In this document: in pieces, positions 40,667 to 50,576 of the stretch
How positions within the stretch are numbered: position 1 is the first letter of the stretch
Layout of the letters: each line of letters begins with the position of its first letter
Position numbers and translations under genes: made by a program
DNA from: Candidatus Taylorbacteria bacterium RIFCSPHIGHO2_01_FULL_46_22b
Lineage (GTDB): Bacteria > Patescibacteriota > Minisyncoccia > Phycocordibacterales > DSPV01
Assembly (NCBI GenBank): GCA_001820875.1
Contig: MHRF01000007.1
Coordinates: 140,479-204,478 of the forward strand
Direction: 5' to 3'
Length of the DNA stretch: 64,000 nt
Notes under the pieces: model-generated
What the model was told of the DNA's origin: nothing
The model's database searches: none
What the model saw: the letters and a program-made list of their open reading frames with translations, nothing else

Positions 40667-41932
40667 ATGAATATTCTTGTGGTCGGCGGGGGAGGAAGGG
40701 AACATGCGTTTGTATGGAAACTTAAACAATCTCCACACGTTGAGAAAATTTTTGTAGCATCCGGAAATGCGGGAACTGCAGGCATTGCCACTAACCTACC
40801 TATTTCAAAAACAGGCGAGATTTTACAGTGGCTCCAGAAAAACCCAGTTGAGCTTGTCTTGATTGGTCCTGATAACTATTTAGCCGAAGGAATTGTCGAT
40901 AGTATTCAGAAACTTGGTATACCAGTGTTTGGCCCCACAAAAGCGGCGGCAGAAATCGAATGGTCTAAATCGTTTGCAAAACAACTGATGCGTGATGCAA
41001 GAATTCCTACCGCGTCTTTTGAGACGTTTACTGATTTAGAAATTGCTCGCACATATGTACGCAAACAAGTATATCCCTTAGTGATCAAAGCGAGCGGGCT
41101 CGCTTTTGGGAAAGGCGTGGTGATTGTAGAAACTTCTATCGAGGCCGAAAAAGTTTTGGAAGAGATCATGGGAAATAAAATTTTTGGTTCAGCGGGCAGT
41201 GAAGTTGTTATTGAAGAGTTTCTGCAGGGAACCGAGATTTCGATTCACGCATTTTGCGATGGCGAGGATGCAGTGCTTTTTCCTTCATCTCAAGACCACA
41301 AAAGAATTTTTGACGGGGATAAAGGGCCGAATACCGGAGGAATAGGAACTATTGCTCCCGTTCCGCGCGTAACTGCTGAACAAATGCAAGAAATAAAAAA
41401 TAAGATAGTTTTGCCGACACTTGCTGCACTGAAAGAGAAAGGGCGGGAATTTAAGGGACTGCTCTATCCGGGGATCATGCTTACTGCTAGCGGTCCGAAA
41501 GTTATTGAATTTAATGCGCGATTTGGTGATCCTGAAACTCAAGTCTACATGCGTCTCCTTGAAACGGATTTAGTTGATATTCTCTTTGCGTGTATAAAAG
41601 GAACGTTGCAGAAACAGAAAATTGTCTGGTCAAACAAGTTTACCTGCTGTGTTGTTCTTTCTTCTGGTGGCTACCCCGACTCGTATCAGAAAGGAAAAGT
41701 GATTAAAGGACTGAATCACTCATTTGAAAAAGACATTGTTATTTTCCATGCAGGAACGACTATGAAAAATGGGGAAGTAATTACTAATGGTGGGCGTGTT
41801 CTTGGAGTGAGTGCTACTGGTAGCAACCTTTCTGAGGCACTGTCGAAGGCATATGACGCGATTACGTATATATCTTTTGAAGGAATGCAGTACCGAAAGG
41901 ATATTGGAGCTAAAGCAGTAAAGCGTTCCTAA
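40667..41932 (+). CDS. purD: phosphoribosylamine-glycine ligase
   Basis: ILVVGGGGREHA, KASGLAFGKGV, QDHKR, GPNTGG, EFNARFGDPE, TNGGRVL. Confidence 0.97.
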   Translation: MNILVVGGGGREHAFVWKLKQSPHVEKIFVASGNAGTAGIATNLPISKTGEILQWLQKNPVELVLIGPDNYLAEGIVDSIQKLGIPVFGPTKAAAEIEWSKSFAKQLMRDARIPTASFETFTDLEIARTYVRKQVYPLVIKASGLAFGKGVVIVETSIEAEKVLEEIMGNKIFGSAGSEVVIEEFLQGTEISIHAFCDGEDAVLFPSSQDHKRIFDGDKGPNTGGIGTIAPVPRVTAEQMQEIKNKIVLPTLAALKEKGREFKGLLYPGIMLTASGPKVIEFNARFGDPETQVYMRLLETDLVDILFACIKGTLQKQKIVWSNKFTCCVVLSSGGYPDSYQKGKVIKGLNHSFEKDIVIFHAGTTMKNGEVITNGGRVLGVSATGSNLSEALSKAYDAITYISFEGMQYRKDIGAKAVKRS

Positions 41933-41955
41933 AACTATTTTTGAGTGGTATAGTG

Positions 41956-43365
41956 ATGAATATGACACGAACGCATATAGGAGATTTGAAGGAGAAAATA
42001 GGACAAGAAGTCATGATTTGTGGCTGGGTTGACGTGCGGCGCGACCACGGCAAGCTTATTTTCATTGACTTGCGCGACGCATCCGGCAAGGTTCAGATGG
42101 TTGCGCTCCCAAACCATGCCGAAGCGCATACCGCTACGAGTGCCGTTCGCAGTGAATGGGTGCTTGAAGTAACTGGAAAGGTGAACGAACGACCGTCAAG
42201 AATGATCAATGTAGATGAACCGAATGGAACAGTTGAAATTGAAATTCTTGGAATCAAGGTCTTGAACGAAGCGAACACTCCACCTTTTGATGTGCGGAGC
42301 GATGGAAAAGAAATTGGTGAAGAGTCGCGATTAACACATCGTTATCTTGATTTACGCCGTCCGCGCATGCAGAAAAATATCCGCAACCGATCCAAAGCCA
42401 CGAAATTTATCCGCGATGAGTTCACCAAGCGCGGATTTGTAGAAATCGAAACTCCACTTTTGTCTGCAACCACTCCAGAAGGGTCGCGCGATTATGTCGT
42501 GCCATCGCGACTTGATAAAGGAAAATTTTACTCGCTTCCACAATCACCTCAACAATATAAGCAATTGCTGATGGTTGCAGGATTTGAAAAGTATTTTCAG
42601 ATTGCGCGCTGCATGCGCGACGAGGATACGCGTGGCGATCGTCAGCCGGAATTTACCCAGCTTGATATGGAAATGAGTTTTGTTGCGCGCGAGGAGGTGA
42701 TGCAAGTCAATGAAGAGATTCTCATCAATCTCGTGCAGACACTTTATCCAGAGAAAAAGATACAGGAGATTCCGTTTCCGAGAATTTCATACAAAGAAGC
42801 GATGGAGAAATACGGAGTGGATAAGCCGGATTTGCGCAAAGACAAAGAAGATCCAAACCTTCTTGCCTTTGAGTGGGTGATTGACTGGCCATTTTTTGAG
42901 AAGGATGAAGAATCCGGCGGATGGACGTTTTCTCATAATCCGTTTTCTGCTCCGCAACCAGAGCACATGACATCGTTGCTTGCGAAGAAAGATATTCCAA
43001 ATATTTTGACAACCCAGTATGACATTGTGATGAATGGCAACGAAATCGGTGGGGGAAGTATCCGCAATCATCAGCCGGAGGCGCTGAAAGCAGTTTTCCA
43101 GATCATGGGATATGACGATGAGCGAATCGAACGGAATTTTGGTCACATGCTTGAGGCCCTTTCCGCGGGTGCCCCGCCGCACGGCGGGATTGCGTGGGGG
43201 TTTGACCGACTGATGATGTTGCTTGAAAACGAACCGAATATCCGCGAGGTTATCGCATTTGCAAAAACTGGTGAGGGACGCGATCTGATGATGCATGCCC
43301 CGTCCGAACTTGATTCAAAGCGTTTGAAGGAATTGGGGATTAGCCTTACGAAAGGAAAGTCCTAA
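41956..43365 (+). CDS. aspS: aspartate--tRNA ligase, short form lacking the GAD insert (probably non-discriminating)
   Basis: RRDHGKLIFIDLRD, LPQSPQQYKQ, RDED.RGDRQPEFTQ, GAPPHGGIAWGFDR. Confidence 0.96.
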   Translation: MNMTRTHIGDLKEKIGQEVMICGWVDVRRDHGKLIFIDLRDASGKVQMVALPNHAEAHTATSAVRSEWVLEVTGKVNERPSRMINVDEPNGTVEIEILGIKVLNEANTPPFDVRSDGKEIGEESRLTHRYLDLRRPRMQKNIRNRSKATKFIRDEFTKRGFVEIETPLLSATTPEGSRDYVVPSRLDKGKFYSLPQSPQQYKQLLMVAGFEKYFQIARCMRDEDTRGDRQPEFTQLDMEMSFVAREEVMQVNEEILINLVQTLYPEKKIQEIPFPRISYKEAMEKYGVDKPDLRKDKEDPNLLAFEWVIDWPFFEKDEESGGWTFSHNPFSAPQPEHMTSLLAKKDIPNILTTQYDIVMNGNEIGGGSIRNHQPEALKAVFQIMGYDDERIERNFGHMLEALSAGAPPHGGIAWGFDRLMMLLENEPNIREVIAFAKTGEGRDLMMHAPSELDSKRLKELGISLTKGKS

Positions 43366-43458
43366 AAAAAGATTGCCCACCCAGCTGAACACTTGCTGGG
43401 TGGGCGTAAGTCGGCTGGCGGCCGACGTGCAGGAGGAACTTCAATCGTTGTGGTTTCG
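43365..43458 (-). ncRNA. candidate small RNA
   Basis: minus-strand TTGACA-16-TATGAT (43465-43492), hairpin, and terminator with U-tract on the minus strand; no ORF. Confidence 0.35.
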
Positions 43459-43570
43459 ACAAGTATCATAATTCTTTTATTTAATTTGTCAATAGAGGTG
43501 TTTGATTTCTAGTTTGGCCAAGTGTTATTTTGTTGAAATTAACTTGTAATAAAAGGACTTTTGACAAGAT

Positions 43571-44158
43571 ATGTCATTTAAGGTGCTAGATAATTCAATA
43601 GATATTAAAAAAGTCGCCCGCTTGGTGCATGAGGGCGAGATTGTTGTGATGTCAACCGACACAGTCTATGGGGTTGTTGCATCGGCATTGCGTTCTGATG
43701 CAGTCGAACGTGTGTATAGTCTGCGCGAACGAAACATGCATAAACCCTGTATTGTATTGATTGCGAGCATCGAAGCAATCAAGTTGTTTGGAGTAGTTGT
43801 TGATGTTGAATCGGAAAAAAAGATACATGAGATTTGGCCTGCGGCAGTGAGCATTGTCCTATCTTGTCCGGATGAGAGATTTTCGTATTTACATCGAGGG
43901 ACACAGACGATTGCATTTCGAGTGCCCGAAGAAAAAGCACTACGTGATTTTTTAGAGGAGAGTGGGCCGGTGATTGCTCCGAGTGCAAATCCAGAAGGGA
44001 AATCTACGGCAAAAACGACTGCTGAAGCACGTGATTATTTTGGTGGAAAGATTTCTTTGTATATTGATGGTGGGATGCAGGATGGAGAACCCTCTACACT
44101 CATTTCAATTAATAGAGGAGAAATTTCGGTATTGCGGCAAGGTAGAGTTAAGGTATGA
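43571..44158 (+). CDS. tsaC: L-threonylcarbamoyladenylate synthase
   Basis: STDTVYG, RER..KP, IAFRVP, APSANP, PST. Confidence 0.93.
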   Translation: MSFKVLDNSIDIKKVARLVHEGEIVVMSTDTVYGVVASALRSDAVERVYSLRERNMHKPCIVLIASIEAIKLFGVVVDVESEKKIHEIWPAAVSIVLSCPDERFSYLHRGTQTIAFRVPEEKALRDFLEESGPVIAPSANPEGKSTAKTTAEARDYFGGKISLYIDGGMQDGEPSTLISINRGEISVLRQGRVKV

Positions 44159-44165
44159 TGACACT

Positions 44166-44936
44166 ATGCATAAAAAGGACACTTCATGGAACGCAGTCGC
44201 GCCGTGGTACGACACATTAGTGGAAGGTGCAGGTAGCTATCAGCAAGAAGTTATTTTGCCAAATATTCTGCGGCTTGCAGGAGATATAAAAGGAAAAAAG
44301 ATTTTTGATCTTGCCTGCGGCCAAGGGTTTTTTGCACACAAATTTTCTGCAGCCGGTGCAGTGGTAACCGGTCTTGATGCATCTGATAACCTCATAGAGA
44401 TTGCAAAGAAAAGTTCAGGGGGAAAAGGTGTTCCGCATTTTTTAACCGGAACTGCTGAATCTCTTCCAAAAGAACTCATAACGGGATCATTTGATTTGGT
44501 TGTTTGTATTTTGGCGCTACAGAATATTAAAGAACTTGATGCGACCTTGGGAGGAGTGGCGCGAGCACTTTCTGCCAAAGGGAGATTCTTAATCGTATTG
44601 AATCATCCTGCATTTCGCATTCCGCGCCGAAGCGAATGGGGAGTTGATGAAAAAACAAGCACGCAATATAGGCGCATTGACGGGTATCTTTCTGAATCAG
44701 CGGCTGAAATCAGCATGAACCCGAGCAAAAAAGAAAGCGCCGTTACCTATTCTTTCCACCGTCCGTTGCAAGTGTATATGAAGATGCTTGCAAAGCACGA
44801 CTTTTCCATTACACGCCTAGAGGAATGGATTTCGCATAAAACGAGCGAATCAGGGCCGCGAAAGCAAATGGAAGACCGCGCGCGTAAAGAATTTCCTCTC
44901 TTTCTCTTTTTGGAATGTACTAAAGGCAAAATATAA
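44166..44936 (+). CDS. class I SAM-dependent methyltransferase
   Basis: DLACGQG, GLDAS, NHPAF, FHRPL; start at ATG 44166. Confidence 0.92.
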   Translation: MHKKDTSWNAVAPWYDTLVEGAGSYQQEVILPNILRLAGDIKGKKIFDLACGQGFFAHKFSAAGAVVTGLDASDNLIEIAKKSSGGKGVPHFLTGTAESLPKELITGSFDLVVCILALQNIKELDATLGGVARALSAKGRFLIVLNHPAFRIPRRSEWGVDEKTSTQYRRIDGYLSESAAEISMNPSKKESAVTYSFHRPLQVYMKMLAKHDFSITRLEEWISHKTSESGPRKQMEDRARKEFPLFLFLECTKGKI

Positions 44937-45077
44937 TTTTGTTTCCAATACTTGCCTATGAGTCGTTTTTTGTGTTCCACTTTGTTTTTTTGACTTATAC
45001 ACACTTGAAACCAAAAAACACATCTATATAATTTGTGCACGACGAATTATAAGTAGAATCTGTAATTTGAATCTCGT

Positions 45078-45272
45078 ATGCAGCATTACGTGTGTACCGG
45101 AGATTGTGGGGGTGAGTCGGAACGTTCCAAAGTGTGTGAATCAGAAGGGTGTAAAAACGAAGGCCAACCACTCTCGGAGTGCTCGTGCACCGATGGTTTC
45201 CACAAAGGGGTTTTAGACACTGATCATGAAATTGATCTTGCCGAACCCATGGACGATGAAGACGCACTGTAA
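45078..45272 (+). CDS. small Cys-rich protein
   Basis: CTGDCGG...C...C...CSC...H, acidic tail. Confidence 0.7.
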   Translation: MQHYVCTGDCGGESERSKVCESEGCKNEGQPLSECSCTDGFHKGVLDTDHEIDLAEPMDDEDAL

Positions 45273-45287
45273 CAAACACCGTTTAGA

Positions 45288-45322
45288 GAAACCCCGCCTT
45301 CCTGAAGAAGGCGGGGTTTTCT
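45288..45322. terminator. bidirectional terminator
   Basis: AAACCCCGCCTTC-CTGAA-GAAGGCGGGGTTT between convergent genes. Confidence 0.8.
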
Positions 45323-45325
45323 TAA

Positions 45326-46510
45326 TTACCGAGTATCGACAAGTTGGAAAGATTTAAATACTCCATAGAGCATAATGACTGCAAGGATAATGAAAAGATA
45401 TTGGATTCCTGAAAAGGGAAGTAGTACCGTTGCGACAATCGGTGCAACAATGTATGCCCACGGACGTGTCGTGCGGAAAATTCCGATAAGCGCCACATCG
45501 CTGTCGTGTACGTGCTTGAAAAAATAAGTCTCGCTCATCACTTCTGTAGTGGCAGCGCCGATACGGCTCACAAAGAGCAATCCCATCCATATCCAGAATT
45601 CTGGAGTCGGCAGAAATGACATTACTCCTGTCGCGATTGCCATAATAGAGAACCCTCCTATGAGAAACTCTTTCTCTCCGAATTTGCGATCGGCAAGTTT
45701 CCCTAATGGTCGCTGAATGAGGGCAAAGGGTAGAAGCATAACTGCAAACAAAATGGCAATTTGATTCCACTGAAAGCCAACGTAATTATATAGATACAGC
45801 GGGGTGTAGATTACCATCCATGAGTAGAAGAAGCACAGCAAGAAATTAATAATATAAATTGAAATAACTTCTTTGCTATGCCCGCTTGTTTTTTTGAACA
45901 AAGTCAGTATTTGCAATGCACGATAGTGGGGATCGTGAAATCTCTTGAAACGATTCAAAATGACCATCATGGGAAGCGCAACGAGAGAAGCGACTATAAA
46001 AACAGTGTTGTACTGATTATTTGCAATGATAAATACAAGTAAGACTTCCGCAATGACCCACGCTATGCTTCCGAACATCAGGTAGGTGCCTCGTATTTCG
46101 CCAGTTACCTTATTTCCTGATGAGTGTTCAAGAAAGATATCAAAATTGAATGTAAGTACTGACGTAGCTAATTGGTAGAGTATGAAAATGACAATGACCA
46201 GAAACGGTAATTTGATGAATGAGAGGAGGGCTATAGCCACAATTGTGCAGGTAAGAAATACTCCTGCGGTTACAAAATTTCCAAATCGGCGTAATATTGC
46301 TGGAAGTTTTGAGAACAGCCAGATGGTGAGCAGAGATGCGATTGAGAAAATAATCCCTATGTATTTCTCGGGAAAGAATTGGCTTAAGAAACTTGAGAAG
46401 AGATATGCGGGGAGGGCGACATGGAGAGACAAGAAGAATCCGAGTGTATAAATTGAACTCACTGAACGGGGAATGTGCTGTCCAGGCTTGGAAAATACCT
46501 CTTTTTGCAT
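45326..46510 (-). CDS. MFS transporter
   Basis: about 12 TM segments, GKLADRKFGEK motif A. Confidence 0.9.
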   Translation of the reverse strand: MQKEVFSKPGQHIPRSVSSIYTLGFFLSLHVALPAYLFSSFLSQFFPEKYIGIIFSIASLLTIWLFSKLPAILRRFGNFVTAGVFLTCTIVAIALLSFIKLPFLVIVIFILYQLATSVLTFNFDIFLEHSSGNKVTGEIRGTYLMFGSIAWVIAEVLLVFIIANNQYNTVFIVASLVALPMMVILNRFKRFHDPHYRALQILTLFKKTSGHSKEVISIYIINFLLCFFYSWMVIYTPLYLYNYVGFQWNQIAILFAVMLLPFALIQRPLGKLADRKFGEKEFLIGGFSIMAIATGVMSFLPTPEFWIWMGLLFVSRIGAATTEVMSETYFFKHVHDSDVALIGIFRTTRPWAYIVAPIVATVLLPFSGIQYLFIILAVIMLYGVFKSFQLVDTR

Positions 46511-46516
46511 GTCTAT

Positions 46517-48409
46517 TTATACCCCGATAAGCACTGGGATGACAATAGGACGTTTTGCAGTCTTCTGCATGAGGAAACGACTCACGTTGTCGCTGACGTG
46601 ATCTTTGACATACTCAAAGTCAATTGGACGCATGCCTACAGTGATATCCTCGATAGTTTTCTTGATAATGAGGCGAGTTTGTTGGAGAAGTTCTTGTGAT
46701 TCACGCAGATATACAAATCCGCGAGAAATAATGTCTGGCGACTTCTTGAGTTTCCCGTTTGAAATATTTACGGATGCAATAATCACAAACATGCCGTCTT
46801 GTGAGAGCATTTGTCGGTCGCGGATTACCACTTCCTGCACATCGCCCACGGAGAAGCCGTCTACGAGCACTAATCCCGAAGGGGCTTTTTCTTTCAAGCG
46901 GACGATATTTTCGCCTTTGTTTTGAATTTCAATAATAGATCCGTTGTCGGGGATAATCACATTTTTTTCCGGTGTGCCCCGAGCCATTTCAATTTCAGCG
47001 TGTACGCGTAGCATGTAATGGTAGCCGTGGACAGGAATGAAGAATTTCGGATTGATGCGCGAGTGAATCCACGCAGTTTCGTCACGGTTGGCGTGTCCCG
47101 ACGAGTGCACATCGGCGATTTTGTAGTGCAGAATTTTTGCTCCTTGGCGTGAGAGCGAGTCTTTCAATTTTTGGACTGCACGTTCGTTTCCGGGGACTAC
47201 TGAAGAAGAAAGAATAATAGTGTCTCGTTTGGTGATATGCACATATTTGTGCGTTTTGTTTGCCATGCGCATCAGTGCCGCGAATTCGTCTCCTTGTGCT
47301 CCTGTAGCCACCATGACAATTTTCTCTGGAGGATAATCATTCATAGCTTCGACGGTGATGATTGTATCTTCTTTGGTTTTCACCATGCCGAGCTTTTTGA
47401 TAATCTCGATGTTATTTTTCATACTGCGCCCCTCCACGACAACTTTTTTCCCGTATTTTTCAGAGAACTCAAGGATTTTCATGATTCGTTCAAGTAGGGA
47501 AGAGAATGTTCCGATAATCAATCGGCCGCGCGAATTTTTAATAATCTCTTCAAGATTTTTTTGCACAACCCGTTCCGGAGTCGAAAACCCGGGGACATCC
47601 GCATTGGTTGAGTCAGCCATTAACAGAAGTACTTTCTCTTTTTTGAATATCGAATATTCTTTTTCTTCTGCTTCGGTGGGGACTCCGTTGTCGTGATCGA
47701 GTTTAAGGTCGCCGGTGTGGACGATTGCGCCATACGGCGTTTCAATGATAACTCCCATGGAATCGGGGATCGTGTGGGTGACAGAGAAAAACTTGATTTT
47801 CAGGTTTCCCATGGTAACTAAAGAGTCTTTTTCAACCACTTTTATATCAAGCGGAGGTGCATGAGGAAATTCCTCTTGGCGTTTACGGATCATCACCGTG
47901 GTGAGCATGCGGGAATAGAGCGGAGGGTTTCCGATTTTCTCCATGATATAGGGAATGGCACCGGTGTGGTCGAGGTGACCGTGGGTGACGATCAAGGCGC
48001 GCACCCTGTTTTTGTGTTCCTCGAGGTATTTGGTATTAGGCAGAATATAATCGATTCCGGGGGTGTCCGCGTCTTTAAACTGAAGTCCGGCATCAATGAC
48101 AATAATGTCATTTCCGACTTCAATTGCGGTCATGTTTTTTCCGATTTCTTCTACGCCGCCCAGCGGAATGATGCGGATGGACTCACCTACCGATGGGATT
48201 TTTACGGTGAGAGGAGATTTGGTGTTGTGATGAGAAGTGTGGAGCGGCGGACGCGAGTCTCGCATGCGCGAAGGCGGAGCTCCTCGATGATTGGGGCGGG
48301 ATTTTCTATTTGGTCGCTCAAAGGGCTTTGAGAATTTTTCGGGGCGTGCGTGATATGGCTGCCGTCGGGCGCTGTGCTGAGAAGCTTTAGGAGATTCTTT
48401 TTCTTGCAT
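46517..48409 (-). CDS. rnj: ribonuclease J
   Basis: PLGGVEEIGKN, THGHLDH, HTGD, DSTNA, HSSGHA, IPVHG. Confidence 0.97.
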   Translation of the reverse strand: MQEKESPKASQHSARRQPYHARPEKFSKPFERPNRKSRPNHRGAPPSRMRDSRPPLHTSHHNTKSPLTVKIPSVGESIRIIPLGGVEEIGKNMTAIEVGNDIIVIDAGLQFKDADTPGIDYILPNTKYLEEHKNRVRALIVTHGHLDHTGAIPYIMEKIGNPPLYSRMLTTVMIRKRQEEFPHAPPLDIKVVEKDSLVTMGNLKIKFFSVTHTIPDSMGVIIETPYGAIVHTGDLKLDHDNGVPTEAEEKEYSIFKKEKVLLLMADSTNADVPGFSTPERVVQKNLEEIIKNSRGRLIIGTFSSLLERIMKILEFSEKYGKKVVVEGRSMKNNIEIIKKLGMVKTKEDTIITVEAMNDYPPEKIVMVATGAQGDEFAALMRMANKTHKYVHITKRDTIILSSSVVPGNERAVQKLKDSLSRQGAKILHYKIADVHSSGHANRDETAWIHSRINPKFFIPVHGYHYMLRVHAEIEMARGTPEKNVIIPDNGSIIEIQNKGENIVRLKEKAPSGLVLVDGFSVGDVQEVVIRDRQMLSQDGMFVIIASVNISNGKLKKSPDIISRGFVYLRESQELLQQTRLIIKKTIEDITVGMRPIDFEYVKDHVSDNVSRFLMQKTAKRPIVIPVLIGV

Positions 48410-48415
48410 AATGAA

Positions 48416-50185
48416 TTAATTCTGTTCTGTTTCGTCTGGTGCAAAGATGTTCCAGACACGATCGGTTTCGATATACCATTCGTTGCTATTAATAAAACGA
48501 TCTGAAGGAATAGTGACTGATGAGAGATTGACTCCCGATATATTTTTTGGCAAGACGTATACAAAATCGGGAGAATATACAAATGCGGCCGCGTAATCTT
48601 TTTCGATTTCTTTGGCAAACTCTTGATAGAGTGCTATTTGGTCAGTACGCAATGCAGTCGAGCGAGCTTTTTCTAGGAGCTTGTCTGCAGTAATGTTTGT
48701 GTATAGTGCAACATTTAACCCAGGGTCATTCCTTTGCGAGGAATGCCAGAAAGCAAACATGTCGAGATCTCGTCCCACTATTTCTCCAAAATACAATGCG
48801 TCATACGAACGGGGACGAATCACATTTTGATTGAGATCACTTGCGTCAAAATAGGTGACCGAAACTTTCGCACCGACACGCTCCCAGTTTTCTTTTATAA
48901 TTTTCGCACCTGCTTTCAATTCGGTGGTATTTGAAGTGGCGATAGTGAATTCAAGACGCACCACGACTTTCTTGACCGTTTTCTCAAAGACGCCGTCAGT
49001 CGCGTTTGCCTTCCACCCGTTTTTTTCGAGGAGTGCGCGGGCACTTTCTATTTCTGCATTCAGATCACTTTCTGTATTTGTTGCCGCCCCGAAAAGACTT
49101 TGGGGAAGTGGAGAAGAGAGCGGTGCGCCATACCCGCTCAATACTTCTTGGACAATGCGATTTCGATCAAGCGTTTCAACAAGCGCTTTGCGAACTTCTG
49201 GGTAGGTAAATGCGGGGACTTTGTCTTGGTTAAAGAATACGGCAAATACGCGTGGCAAAGGAACGCTTTCAACGCGGGCTCCTAGAGCTTTCAGTGCAAG
49301 TGCGCTGTGCGGAGAAATACTGTTGATGCTGTTTATTTCCCCGCGTTCATATGCGTCTATCAAACCATCTTCGTTTGTATAGAATTTTGTCGTGATGGAG
49401 CTTATATACGCTTTTCCTTGTACATAATTTTTGAATGGTATCAGCGTATATGAAAGTGGAATACCTCCGGCTGTGCGTTTAACCGATGCTACTTTATAAG
49501 GTCCGGATCCAATAGGTTCGATATTAAACTGGCTGAACGTAAATTGGGTTGCGTCCACATTCTTCCAGATGTGGGAAGGAAGGATGCCTATAGTGGTATT
49601 TTCAAGAAACGGAGGATAGGGAGTTTTCAGTTTTACGACTACGGTCAAATCGTTTGTTTTTTCGATAGCGACCCCTTCCCAGCTGGCGCGGCGCGGGGAT
49701 TTGATATTTGGATCTTGCGCTTTTTTGATAGTGAATACGACATCTTCGGCGGTAACTGGGGTGCCGTCCTGAAATGTAGCATCCGGACGGATGTGGAATG
49801 TATACATCAAATTATTTTCGGAGATCTCGTAAGATTCGGCAAGATCGCCGACGAGTACTCCGGCGCCTGACACTTTCATGAGTCCCGAGTAGACCAGCGC
49901 GGTGAGATCTCGATCAGCATCAGAAATGGCAAGCAATGGATTGATGAAGCGGGGGACACCGATAACGCCTTCGGTCAGAGATCCTCCGTCTGTAGGGACG
50001 GGAATTGTCAAAGCAGTGTTGAGTTCAACCAATAAAAAGAATGTTGAAACAGCAAATATTCCTGCAACCGCGATAAAAACAATTCGTTCGGTAAGGGAAA
50101 AGGCGGTCAGCGCACGTGCCGCTTTTTCGAAACTACCGATTCGGTAGCGCATAGAGACAACTTTTTTAAACTGGTCGGAAATCAC
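48416..50185 (-). CDS. ABC transporter peptide-binding protein (family 5), membrane anchored
   Basis: YSGL...GDLAESY...YTFHIR...FQDGTPVTAEDVVFT, GSGPY. Confidence 0.93.
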   Translation of the reverse strand: MISDQFKKVVSMRYRIGSFEKAARALTAFSLTERIVFIAVAGIFAVSTFFLLVELNTALTIPVPTDGGSLTEGVIGVPRFINPLLAISDADRDLTALVYSGLMKVSGAGVLVGDLAESYEISENNLMYTFHIRPDATFQDGTPVTAEDVVFTIKKAQDPNIKSPRRASWEGVAIEKTNDLTVVVKLKTPYPPFLENTTIGILPSHIWKNVDATQFTFSQFNIEPIGSGPYKVASVKRTAGGIPLSYTLIPFKNYVQGKAYISSITTKFYTNEDGLIDAYERGEINSINSISPHSALALKALGARVESVPLPRVFAVFFNQDKVPAFTYPEVRKALVETLDRNRIVQEVLSGYGAPLSSPLPQSLFGAATNTESDLNAEIESARALLEKNGWKANATDGVFEKTVKKVVVRLEFTIATSNTTELKAGAKIIKENWERVGAKVSVTYFDASDLNQNVIRPRSYDALYFGEIVGRDLDMFAFWHSSQRNDPGLNVALYTNITADKLLEKARSTALRTDQIALYQEFAKEIEKDYAAAFVYSPDFVYVLPKNISGVNLSSVTIPSDRFINSNEWYIETDRVWNIFAPDETEQN

Positions 50186-50239
50186 AAATACGCCAGAGCT
50201 AAATTACTTACGAATTTCTTTCAGATGGATATAAGCGCG

Positions 50240-50476
50240 CTATCGGAGAAAGAGAGCCGACAGAGCAGTAATTGCAAAGAGAATGGAAAGAATGATGGTG
50301 CTGTAAAAAAGGATTTTCTCCGCACCGCGGCGCGCGTGGAAAAACGAGCTGAAATTTGAGCTATCGCCGAAGGCACCACCGAGTCCCGCGCTGGATCGCT
50401 GTAGGAGTACTACAGTTACCAAGAGGACGGACAGTACGATTTGTACGTAGGGCAGAAAAGAGGCTACCGTTTGCAT
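50240..50476 (-). CDS. secG: preprotein translocase subunit SecG
   Basis: VLLQRSSAGLGGAFG...RRGAEKIL; start at MQTVASF. Confidence 0.93.
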   Translation of the reverse strand: MQTVASFLPYVQIVLSVLLVTVVLLQRSSAGLGGAFGDSSNFSSFFHARRGAEKILFYSTIILSILFAITALSALFLR

Positions 50477-50531
50477 TGGGAAAGAGTATAGCAGAAGGTT
50501 TGAGATTGCGCAACCGTGTCTATTATAGATG

Positions 50532-50571
50532 AAAAAAAGAAGGCCGCGGTTCGCCTCAAGCGAACCGCGGC
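50532..50571 (-). terminator. intrinsic terminator ending the stem-loop array transcript
   Basis: 12-bp perfect stem GCCGCGGTTCGC/GCGAACCGCGGC with a T7 tract on the minus strand. Confidence 0.85.
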
Positions 50572-50576
50572 ACATG

